A stretch of DNA of 52,641 nt, taken from the IMG/VR virus record IMGVR_UViG_3300025701_001373, positions 1 to 52,641 of that record; one strand, given 5' to 3'. Below, one piece after another: positions 18,242-26,160 of the stretch. The notes beneath the pieces were generated by a model, which saw nothing but the letters and a program-made list of their open reading frames with translations, was not told the DNA's origin and made no database searches. The translations under genes and the position numbers were made by a program. This DNA is from a virus. Lineage: Duplodnaviria; Caudoviricetes. Position 1 is the first letter of the stretch, and each line of letters starts with the position of its first letter.

Positions 18242-18754
18242 ATGGCAAATTATTTATCAGTAAACCAAAAGTATTCATCATTCAATTCTCAACTTGCTAA
18301 GACAGAGAAGAACGATTGTTTTGTAAGAGCGTTAGCTGTTGCAGGTGAGACAGATTATCAAACAGCACATAAAGTTGCTAAAGAAGTATTCGGAAGAGAG
18401 GAGAAGCAAGGTACTAAAGGCTTTATGATCTCTTCTATGTTCTTAAAAGCAGAAGCTGCCGGAATGTATTTAGGAAGTAAGAAGCTTGAGGTAGCGGTAT
18501 TAGGTAGAAGAGATATCAAGAACAGATATAAGCTAAAAGGAGAAGAGATCTGGAGACAGAAGACTTTGAAGAGCTTTATTGAATCTCATCCAGTAGGAAA
18601 TTATATCGTTACTGTAGCCGGACATGCTCTTGCAGTAATAGATGGTGAATTAGCAGATTGGTCTAAAGAAGGTTTCAAACCAACTCGTAAAGTTCAAGCA
18701 GCTTATAGAGTTCATCCTCAACAAATAGCATCTCAATTAAGTCTATTTGAATAG
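18242..18754 (+). CDS. Hypothetical protein (possible Cys-His-Asp papain-like fold)
   Basis: NDCFVRALA ... GHALAVIDGELAD; function uncertain. Confidence 0.65.
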   Translation: MANYLSVNQKYSSFNSQLAKTEKNDCFVRALAVAGETDYQTAHKVAKEVFGREEKQGTKGFMISSMFLKAEAAGMYLGSKKLEVAVLGRRDIKNRYKLKGEEIWRQKTLKSFIESHPVGNYIVTVAGHALAVIDGELADWSKEGFKPTRKVQAAYRVHPQQIASQLSLFE

Positions 18755-18763
18755 AAGACGGAA

Positions 18764-18810
18764 GGGGAGGGCGTTTTTCTCTCCCCGACGAAGTCGCCTC
18801 GCGCATTTTT
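18764..18810 (+). other. GC-rich double-hairpin element, copy 1 (terminator-like)
   Basis: GGGGAGGG-CGTTTTT-CTCTCCCC, then GAC-GAA-GTC, then CGCGCATTTTT. Confidence 0.6.
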
Positions 18811-18894
18811 AACGAAACTTTTCTTTAAATAAAGTTGGTTCGTATTAGTATTCTTCTTATATTAAGGTAAGTTAAAAAGATAAAAATAAAGGTT

Positions 18895-19218
18895 ATGACA
18901 ATTCAAGATCAAGCAAAGCAATTAAAGAAAGACATTAAGCAATTTATTAATGGAGGTTATGTATGGGCAAATAAGATTAAGGCTCAAAAATGGACAGGAG
19001 GAGGAGAGTATTATAAAGTTGCTTTTCAAACGACAGAGAAGGATAATAAAAATGAGGACTTAATAACTCTACAATCGTTAATACTTCCAGAAGGTTGGGT
19101 TGCTTATTGGACAGGATATAGAATTGAACTTTATAAGAGAGTAGGAGAAGGAGATTTACAGTTAAATGATATTAGATATAATAGAGAGGCTAAATTAGAA
19201 TTTACTCAATTACAGTAA
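18895..19218 (+). CDS. Hypothetical early protein
   Basis: 107 aa, repeat-headed. Confidence 0.75.
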   Translation: MTIQDQAKQLKKDIKQFINGGYVWANKIKAQKWTGGGEYYKVAFQTTEKDNKNEDLITLQSLILPEGWVAYWTGYRIELYKRVGEGDLQLNDIRYNREAKLEFTQLQ

Positions 19219-19281
19219 AATAAAGTTGTTTCGTATTGATATTCTTCTTATATTAAGGTATAGAAATTAAAAATAAAGGTT

Positions 19282-19536
19282 ATGACTTATTACACAGCAT
19301 TAGTTTTAGTAGAAAGAAAGAACGCTTTTACAAACCGTATAATTAAGGTTAAAGAGAAATACGTAGTAGAAGCTAAATACGTTTCAGAAGCAGAAGAAAA
19401 ATTGTTTTCTTATTTTGAGAATGGAGGAGGAGTATGGAACACGACAATGAAAGATGGTTCGGTAGTTAAGGTAGCAGGTAATGTTATTAGAGTTTTAAGT
19501 ATTACTCGAACTACATTTGAAGGAGTGATAGCTTAA
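19282..19536 (+). CDS. Hypothetical early protein
   Basis: 84 aa, repeat-headed. Confidence 0.7.
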   Translation: MTYYTALVLVERKNAFTNRIIKVKEKYVVEAKYVSEAEEKLFSYFENGGGVWNTTMKDGSVVKVAGNVIRVLSITRTTFEGVIA

Positions 19537-19605
19537 TAACAAACTAAAGTTGTTTCGTATTATATTATTTCTTATATTAAGGTATAGAAATTAAAAATAA
19601 AGGTT

Positions 19606-19818
19606 ATGTTGAATGTAAGTAAATTATCAGAAGAGTTATTTAATGGTTATGCTAAAGGTATTATAACAGATGAAGAATGTTGTGATATGATTGATCTTAT
19701 CTCTAATACTCCTACAACTACAATTGAAGAGAAGGAAGAAGATACATATGATTGGTCAGTAGATAATATTGAAGATGACGCATATGAGTTAGAAGCTTCA
19801 AGATACGATTACTTATAA
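19606..19818 (+). CDS. Hypothetical acidic protein
   Basis: 70 aa, D/E-rich C-terminal half. Confidence 0.7.
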   Translation: MLNVSKLSEELFNGYAKGIITDEECCDMIDLISNTPTTTIEEKEEDTYDWSVDNIEDDAYELEASRYDYL

Positions 19819-19831
19819 TAAAATAAAGGTT

Positions 19832-20017
19832 ATGTCAAGAAAGAAAATAGCATTAGATTCAGAATCACATTTACATTTACTAACTCGTTTGTTTGATATC
19901 GAAGCGATGATTGAACCGGGTGAAGATATAGTGCTTGATAGAGCATTAGAAAAACTAATTGAAGAGGTTAGATATTCGGATATAATTGTCTCATATGAAC
20001 TTATGAAAGATGAGTAG
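19832..20017 (+). CDS. Hypothetical protein
   Basis: 61 aa, preceded by leader AAAATAAAGGTT. Confidence 0.7.
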   Translation: MSRKKIALDSESHLHLLTRLFDIEAMIEPGEDIVLDRALEKLIEEVRYSDIIVSYELMKDE

Positions 20018-20147
20018 AACTTATTGGGGATGTGAAATGGAATCTCCTATCTATCGAGAGGTAGCAGAAGAGATGAGATTGAAGAAAGAACCAAATAGTA
20101 TTCAAAGTGAATCAAAGAGTAAGAGAGGTAAAAGAAGTAATAAGTAA
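20010..20147 (+). CDS. Small hypothetical protein, 45 aa (not in track)
   Basis: MSRTYWGCEMESPIYREVAEEMRLKKEPNSIQSESKSKRGKRSNK fills the gap. Confidence 0.5.
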   Translation: MSRTYWGCEMESPIYREVAEEMRLKKEPNSIQSESKSKRGKRSNK

Positions 20148-20159
20148 TTCCAGAACGAT

Positions 20160-20363
20160 ATGAAAGAAGGTAGCTACGAAGAAATCAAATACGGAGATGA
20201 GACATTTACAGTTAATAAGAAGACAGGTAAGATAGAATCTAACTATAAGATAAAGAACTCTCAAGGTAGAAGCAGAAAGCAAGAAGAAGATTCTGCAAGA
20301 ATATTTGCTTACGCTGCATTAGGATTAGTTGGAATGATAATTGTGTTAATGATTATATTATGA
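20160..20363 (+). CDS. Small protein with C-terminal TM helix
   Basis: IFAYAALGLVGMIIVLMIIL at the C-terminus. Confidence 0.65.
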   Translation: MKEGSYEEIKYGDETFTVNKKTGKIESNYKIKNSQGRSRKQEEDSARIFAYAALGLVGMIIVLMIIL

Positions 20364-20434
20364 TAGATAATAATGTAGGGTTCATACTCTTAGTAGGTAT
20401 ATGGTTTGTAATATATGCAAACAAAAAGAAATGA
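20360..20434 (+). CDS. Putative 24-aa membrane micropeptide (not in track)
   Basis: MIDNNVGFILLVGIWFVIYANKKK; ATGA-coupled, hydrophobic core and basic tail. Confidence 0.45.
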   Translation: MIDNNVGFILLVGIWFVIYANKKK

Positions 20435-20440
20435 GTTGGA

Positions 20441-20491
20441 GGGAGGGGGCGCTTTTCTCCTCTCGACAACGAAGTTGTCACGCGAATTCTT
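20441..20491 (+). other. GC-rich double-hairpin element, copy 2
   Basis: GGGAGGGG-GCGCTTTT-CTCCTCTC, then GACAAC-GAA-GTTGTC, then ACGCGAATT. Confidence 0.6.
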
Positions 20492-20718
20492 CACTACGTT
20501 CATCATCAAATAACCATCCCTTCCTAATAAGCATCCACAATATGACCAATATGGAGGTACTACATACCTCGTGTCTGAAGTAGTTAGTGATTAGGGTGAA
20601 TACTTCATATTAAACTTAATAGAACCTATAAGAGAGATAGGGATACATATGGTAGATAGAGGGTAAATGGCTTATTTCTACTTAAGTATAGAACATAAAT
20701 GAAGTGTATAGATAATAC

Positions 20719-21507
20719 TCTAAAGAGAGAACGCTATCTCGTGTTAAAGAATCGTATTAGATTACATATAAGGCCTAAAGATACCATAAAGAGACCTAAA
20801 GATTATATGTTTATATATGGATATATAGGAGAGGATAGTGTGTAGAATAATGGATAGGAGTGAATGGAATGAGAGATATAAAGTACAGGCATGTGCCTCC
20901 CTCCCTTATTATTTTTGCTATATATGGAGAATTGGCCTAAAGGCCTGCCTAAAGACCGCCTAAAGATTTATATGGAATAAGTTGGACCCTATTGTTATTT
21001 TTCTTATATTAAGGTATAATTAAAAGATAAAGGTTATGACGTATTCACAGAGAGTAAAAGCAGGTAAAGAGATTGTTAAAAGAATGGAAGGTCTATCAGA
21101 GGATGGCAAGTTCACATTCAAGTATAAGAATGAGATGTACCAATTGAGATGTTACTCAGTATATGATGATGGTAGAAAATCATTCTCTATCAATAAGGTA
21201 AGTGGATATGAGTCTATGAATGTACATAGGGATGGCTTACAGAACTTTGGACCTACCAGCCTTGAGTTGTATACTTATGATATGATGAATCAAAGATCTA
21301 CATATAAGATGGATATGTCTCTTATGGAAGTACTAACGCCTAAAGAGGCCTAAAGAGATCTAAAGACCTATATGAAAGAACGTAAGATGATACAAGTAGA
21401 TAAAGATATAGCTCTGAAGGTTAAGGAGTTATATCCATCTCTATCGTGGTCAGCTATACTAGGGCTATTACTTGAGTCTAAAGACCTGCCTAAAGAGATG
21501 CCTAAAG
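20719..21507 (+). repeat. Clusters of phased CCTAAAG heptamers
   Basis: Perfect copies at 20774, 20795, 20936, 20948, 20959, 21339, 21349, 21489, 21501; TCTAAAG variants at 20719, 21359, 21477. Confidence 0.8.
21036..21353 (+). CDS. Hypothetical early protein
   Basis: 105 aa, repeat-headed. Confidence 0.75.
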   Translation: MTYSQRVKAGKEIVKRMEGLSEDGKFTFKYKNEMYQLRCYSVYDDGRKSFSINKVSGYESMNVHRDGLQNFGPTSLELYTYDMMNQRSTYKMDMSLMEVLTPKEA

Positions 21508-21611
21508 GCCTACCAGACAATATAGCTACACTAGAGGATATAAAGGAGTTAAAGGATAAGTTCTCATCTGTACTGGAGAGTCTAATAAAGAAGAATAATC
21601 TAACTACCTGA
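21372..21611 (+). CDS. Hypothetical protein (possible ribbon-helix-helix DNA binder)
   Basis: RKMIQVDKDIALKVKEL...SWSAILGLLL pattern; weak. Confidence 0.55.
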   Translation: MKERKMIQVDKDIALKVKELYPSLSWSAILGLLLESKDLPKEMPKGLPDNIATLEDIKELKDKFSSVLESLIKKNNLTT

Positions 21612-21778
21612 TGGCAATTCCGGAAATTAGTAGGGTAGGTTTATATCACCTTGAGGTCACCTTGCCATAACACTGCCAGTAATGTTCCCTAAGAGGTAGG
21701 TAGTCGGCTTGGCTTCGCCATACGTGGTTTCATATTTCTGATGATTTTTCACTATATAGGGTTATATATATTTATATA

Positions 21779-22009
21779 TTACTTTACTTCTTCAAATGTA
21801 CAACAGTCTAAATGACTCTCCTTTATACCAAACTCACTAGTACCTACTGTTATCATTAGATTATCTCCTAGTCTACTATGTACCTTTACATTTTCTCCAA
21901 TTATAAACCCTTTCTCCATTAATGTTAGTACAGTACATATATCACAACCTTGGCAATCTGTATGCTGCTGTATATTTAAAAGCTTATATACCTTACCTAC
22001 CTCAATCAT
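21779..22009 (-). CDS. FeoA-like SH3-domain protein
   Basis: LMEKGFIIGENVKV...LGDNLMITVGTSEFGI resembles the FeoA consensus; extra CQGCDIC. Confidence 0.6.
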   Translation of the reverse strand: MIEVGKVYKLLNIQQHTDCQGCDICTVLTLMEKGFIIGENVKVHSRLGDNLMITVGTSEFGIKESHLDCCTFEEVK

Positions 22010-22437
22010 TAGATTATAGAACTCTTTGATGAACCAAACACTGTCAAAGATATACGTGTACCTTGTTGTATCTTAGGAAGGTTGTGTAGAGTGTAAGAGT
22101 CAAATACACCTTCTAAGGTATCTACTCCATTAACTTTAAGCATAGTCTTACATTCAGAGGCCTTTAACTCGCAGACATAAGCCCATTTCCTTCTAAAGTT
22201 ACTATCCATATGTTCGTCAAAGAAGTCTCCTTCATCCCAGGTATGTATATGGTATACGTCATACTCGGTATCTGGAGATATTAAATCATATGAGTATATA
22301 TGTTCTTTTAACTCATTATGGAAGGGTACATTCTTATAATATATGTTTGTGTACCTATACCTCCTATCTGGCCAATCATAGGATTCCTCTTCTATGGCTC
22401 TATTCTGTATAAACCAATCCTTAAATTCTTGTTTCAT
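22009..22437 (-). CDS. 2OG-Fe(II) oxygenase
   Basis: GDFFDEHMD...FDSYTLHNLPKIQQGTRISL. Confidence 0.8.
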   Translation of the reverse strand: MKQEFKDWFIQNRAIEEESYDWPDRRYRYTNIYYKNVPFHNELKEHIYSYDLISPDTEYDVYHIHTWDEGDFFDEHMDSNFRRKWAYVCELKASECKTMLKVNGVDTLEGVFDSYTLHNLPKIQQGTRISLTVFGSSKSSII

Positions 22438-22503
22438 GTTTCCTATAGTACTTTTTACCTAAATTTGAATTATTCGCGTGGGAAATTTTTTCAAAATTTT
22501 TAG

Positions 22504-22980
22504 TTATATAGCTGCCCTACTTACCGTTCCCCTTTTATACCCCAAGTATAGTCCATATAAGTATTCCGATTCTAGTGTTTTTCTTTCATGAGGTACAACT
22601 CCTCCTTCAAAGAAGTATCCGTCACCTACTCCTAAAGTAATCTTTGTAGGTTCTTCATTATAGAATATGAGTAATGGATTCTCTAAAGTATCTGATTGAC
22701 CTAACATAATACTTAACGCAAAATCTGCGCGGCCGTCTATATGTTTCCTTAACACATTCCCTTTCTTATACTTTCTTATCCACCCTTGATACGGAGTTAA
22801 CTCAACACCTACCCTTTCCTGTAAGAATGGTTTTAAATTTCTACATAAATCCATAGCTTTAGGCCAATTATGTAGTATTTGAGAGTTATCTACCTGTCTA
22901 TCTCTGTAGTTTCCTTGAGAGTTAAAGTAGTCGATGAAGTCTTTACACTCTTTTTGAGTAAGTAAATTGTTAAATCTCAT
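22504..22980 (-). CDS. 2OG-Fe(II) oxygenase
   Basis: RKYKKGNVLRKHID...GDGYFFEGGVVPHER. Confidence 0.78.
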   Translation of the reverse strand: MRFNNLLTQKECKDFIDYFNSQGNYRDRQVDNSQILHNWPKAMDLCRNLKPFLQERVGVELTPYQGWIRKYKKGNVLRKHIDGRADFALSIMLGQSDTLENPLLIFYNEEPTKITLGVGDGYFFEGGVVPHERKTLESEYLYGLYLGYKRGTVSRAAI

Positions 22981-23600
22981 ATGATTGAAGTATTATTAGT
23001 AATTTTATCTAAAATATACTTATACATATCTTCATGACCTTTCCAAGACCAGTGTAGATTCTGGGTTTTTCCGTTAGTAGCCTCGGTTATTGTTTCGAAT
23101 TTACTAGCTGGATACCAAAAATCAGTATGTTTCCAGTAGTATGTACGTACTTTTCTCCTATTTAACTCTTTTAAGAGTTTTTCTACCATATTTTGATAAA
23201 AGTTTAAATAAAATTCTTCTTTAGGCAGTATTTCGTGGTATATGTAATCAAGTATGTACCTTGAATTGCCTTGTTTATAATTAAAGTACGGGTCGTTAAT
23301 AGTATTAACTCTCTCGCCCGCTTCGTTAAAGTTATGTATTCGTACAGGTCTAGTATCGCTAATAATAACTATATCGTTAGATTTAATACTTTCAAGGTTA
23401 TTAATGAGAGAGTTGATGATCCCTATATTAGATTCTCCACCGTTTGCGGTATTGCGTTCAATTAATTTAAGTTCGGATGAAAGCTTAGTAGTCCATCTGA
23501 GTTTAGGTTTATTGTAATCTAATTGAAAATAGTCATCATCTGGATGACATCCATTACCTCTTGTAAAAGAGTCTCCAAAAAACCAACAACTATTTTTCAT
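22977..23600 (-). CDS. SGNH/GDSL-like hydrolase
   Basis: FFGDSFTRG, NTANGGESN, LHWSWKGHE. Confidence 0.72.
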   Translation of the reverse strand: MKNSCWFFGDSFTRGNGCHPDDDYFQLDYNKPKLRWTTKLSSELKLIERNTANGGESNIGIINSLINNLESIKSNDIVIISDTRPVRIHNFNEAGERVNTINDPYFNYKQGNSRYILDYIYHEILPKEEFYLNFYQNMVEKLLKELNRRKVRTYYWKHTDFWYPASKFETITEATNGKTQNLHWSWKGHEDMYKYILDKITNNTSII

Positions 23601-23650
23601 AATGTCAATGAACTCTGTGTTTTATATGTGGATCCCTTTATGGGTACGTA

Positions 23651-23809
23651 TTAATCTACGGTCTGTTTCTGTAATTCCTCCCAGGCTCTTTCGTAAACCT
23701 CCTGTAATGACAATTTAGTAGGTAGTTTACGTAGTTCTCCTACTTGGTATAAGAGTTTTAACCTTAATCCTCTATCTTCTGCTTCTAATACTATCTCTTC
23801 TATTGCCAT
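23651..23809 (-). CDS. Small hypothetical protein
   Basis: Probable start at ATG 23809 (MAIEEIVLEAEDRGLR...). Confidence 0.55.
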   Translation of the reverse strand: MAIEEIVLEAEDRGLRLKLLYQVGELRKLPTKLSLQEVYERAWEELQKQTVD

Positions 23810-23943
23810 CTTATATACAAGATACGATTTATATCTCAGTATGCCAACTGTTTTTATAAGAAACTTGAGGAAATTTTTCGGCAAAATTTTTAGGTATATA
23901 GGGGTGTTATAGTCTATTTATAGTAAATTAATAAACAATAGGA

Positions 23944-24747
23944 ATGTTATACGTATTTGGAGATAGTTATCCGGCAGGAGTATGTGAGAAAAAAGAAGAT
24001 AAAGCTTATTATATTGAGAAAGCTTTCCCGGAGTTACTAAGTGCTACTCTCAAAATACCGGTATATAAAGAGGCATTTGGAGGTGCTTCTTGTATGGATA
24101 CTATAAATGCATTGACTTCTAATATTCATAAGTTTAAAAAAGGAGATATAGTAATACTAGCGTTACCTCATTTTGATAGAATAAATCTCCCGGCAAATGC
24201 ATATGCTAACTCAGCAGGTGCAGTTGTAGATAGGAGAAGAAGAGAGGGGGAGCCTAAGCGGAAAACTTTAGTCGGAGTACCGTTATATAATGCGGGGCTT
24301 CAGATACTTTCCGGTGATTATGAGGGAGCTGCTTGGTTTATAAAATTCCTTAAAACAGCGTTGACTCCGGAAGTCTACGGAGGAACAGAAAAAGGGTTTA
24401 AGTATTTTTTAAACTCACTAATAAAGGTTCATGTTGATTTGGGGTATGGGGCGTATGAAAACTATTCTAACTATTACATAGATTGGGCTACTAACCTCTC
24501 GACTTATTTCATAGAGAAGGATATAAACTACATTGTTTACACTTCTCACTGGTGGGCATATATAAAAAAGTTTGTAGCTAGTAGTTGTGAGTGTGGACAC
24601 TGGGATGAAAGGGGACATACTTTGTTTAGTTCTTATTTAGAGGAGTTTTTAAAATCTTATAAACACGGGAATTTTCTAATGTTGCCTCCTGATATATCCT
24701 CTGTTCAGGAAAGGTACTTACTAGGAAATGGACCAAAGCAAATATAG
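23944..24747 (+). CDS. SGNH/GDSL-like hydrolase
   Basis: VFGDSYPAG, AFGGAS, GHWDERGH; TATTTATA at 23915-23922 upstream. Confidence 0.68.
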   Translation: MLYVFGDSYPAGVCEKKEDKAYYIEKAFPELLSATLKIPVYKEAFGGASCMDTINALTSNIHKFKKGDIVILALPHFDRINLPANAYANSAGAVVDRRRREGEPKRKTLVGVPLYNAGLQILSGDYEGAAWFIKFLKTALTPEVYGGTEKGFKYFLNSLIKVHVDLGYGAYENYSNYYIDWATNLSTYFIEKDINYIVYTSHWWAYIKKFVASSCECGHWDERGHTLFSSYLEEFLKSYKHGNFLMLPPDISSVQERYLLGNGPKQI

Positions 24748-25175
24748 TGAAACCAATGGACCCACATACTTTATTCTCAATCTTCGAACAAGGAGATGAA
24801 GAAGTATATATAGAACATGGAGTAAAAGATGTTCTAGACAATCCTTTTGTTTTAATGGGAATGATACTTAGAGGACTTGAGAACTTTGAGTTAATGGATA
24901 TGATGTATAAAAGAAACTATCCAGAAGAGTATGAAAAGGTAAAGACTGTTATTAAATACAAATACTACAATAAACTATACATATACTTAACGAAGATAGA
25001 TAGTACAAGTTTTAAAGATGAATACACAATAGGAGAAGCTTTTGATAGTGAAAATGTATATAAGGCTTTAGATGACTTAAGAGTGTATTACGAGACAATA
25101 GAAGAATACGAAAAATGTGCTGTCATAAAGAATTTTAGGGAACTTTTAATAGATAAAGTTGTTTCTTTAAAGTAA
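24747..25175 (+). CDS. Hypothetical protein with C-terminal UVR-like helix pair
   Basis: YYETIEEYEKCAVIK motif. Confidence 0.65.
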   Translation: MKPMDPHTLFSIFEQGDEEVYIEHGVKDVLDNPFVLMGMILRGLENFELMDMMYKRNYPEEYEKVKTVIKYKYYNKLYIYLTKIDSTSFKDEYTIGEAFDSENVYKALDDLRVYYETIEEYEKCAVIKNFRELLIDKVVSLK

Positions 25176-25208
25176 TCTTCTTATCTTAAGGTATAATAAT
25201 AAAGGTTA
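25157..25208 (+). promoter_or_regulatory. Early promoter repeat copy
   Basis: AGTTG...TCTTCTTATCTTAAGGTATAATAATAAAGGTT. Confidence 0.7.
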
Positions 25209-25215
25209 TATCGAC

Positions 25216-25488
25216 ATGCAATCAAAATCACTCATTTATTCCTCAGATACCCGCAGGTTACTCTCCCAGGCTATCTACAGTTACCGTAATGATGTTACCG
25301 TATCTTACGATAGTGAAACCAGAAGACTACATATTTCTATACCACATATAGGAGATTACCATATAGATGGGTCTACTGACGTAGTTACTATAGAACATAT
25401 ACGTAGTATTATAGATAAGGAGGATGCTGAACGGGTAGGAAGGGATTTGCAAGGTATTCTTAACGAATTATCTGAAGTATATTTATAA
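25216..25488 (+). CDS. Hypothetical protein
   Basis: 90-aa ORF. Confidence 0.65.
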   Translation: MQSKSLIYSSDTRRLLSQAIYSYRNDVTVSYDSETRRLHISIPHIGDYHIDGSTDVVTIEHIRSIIDKEDAERVGRDLQGILNELSEVYL

Positions 25489-25503
25489 ATTTAAATAAAG
25501 GTT

Positions 25504-26136
25504 ATGAAGAAAAACTCGGGTCAACTTTGCGCGTTCGTCGCGGCGGCGAAGCCGTTATTATTTTTACTATTAACAACTGCTTGCACACCGGATACTACAC
25601 TTTCGACTACTTGTCCAACTGGAGATTGTACAGCTTTTATAGAATTTCCTGTAGAATCTGATGAAAATGGGTATTATCATGTAAAATTAGATTGGACTCG
25701 TGAGTACTTACCTTACTTTTCGGTAGATGCTTATGCAGATCCTACTTCTCCGGAATATCATTATAATAATTCACCTTTCGTAACAGCTAGGTTTGATTCT
25801 AATTTAGTCTGGACGATTGGAGATTCATTGGTCATGCCGGATTACTACTATAACCCTTTCGGTTCTAATAGAACTTCGTCGGGAACCATACTTCCTAGTG
25901 AACATATTGAGGTTTTATTGAGTCAATTTGCAGGAACTAAGGTAAATATTGCACAAAATACCGAAATATACTTCTCAGACCAGAAAAAAGGTAGATTACA
26001 CACAAAAAGAATACTTGGACCTTTTCCTCCAGAGTCTATAGGTGATACAGTCACGGTTTATATGGAGGTATTTTGGGATGCAGGTATGGAATCTCTAGTT
26101 AAAAACCACTACAAACAAAAATTTATCGTAGAATAG
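25504..26136 (+). CDS. Putative lipoprotein
   Basis: MKK...LLFLLLTTA-C lipobox-like signal. Confidence 0.65.
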   Translation: MKKNSGQLCAFVAAAKPLLFLLLTTACTPDTTLSTTCPTGDCTAFIEFPVESDENGYYHVKLDWTREYLPYFSVDAYADPTSPEYHYNNSPFVTARFDSNLVWTIGDSLVMPDYYYNPFGSNRTSSGTILPSEHIEVLLSQFAGTKVNIAQNTEIYFSDQKKGRLHTKRILGPFPPESIGDTVTVYMEVFWDAGMESLVKNHYKQKFIVE

Positions 26137-26160
26137 TTGATTCTTTAAATTATTCTTCAT

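Larger units (their letters stand above)
14216..21035 (+). repeat. Dispersed array of 14 promoter/leader repeats heading small early genes
   Basis: Copies start at 14216, 14648, 14849, 15790, 16138, 16329, 16601, 16848, 17617, 18184, 18833, 19224, 19548, 20980. Consensus AGTTG-N~16-TTCTTATATTAAGGTATA(GAAAT/AT)TAAAAA(T/C)AAAGGTT-ATG. Confidence 0.92.

Noticed and set aside
20401-20583. 60-aa ORF in the track
   Set aside because: Runs through the GC hairpin element and overlaps a better-coupled 24-aa ORF; atypical composition
14216-21035. CRISPR array or integron attC array
   Set aside because: Inter-repeat segments are whole genes of very variable length, the repeats are non-palindromic promoter-like sequences, and no cas or integrase gene is visible
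21611-21778. tRNA or defined ncRNA in the convergent intergenic gap
   Set aside because: Some pairing (ATGGCAA/TTGCCAT) but no cloverleaf or T-loop consensus
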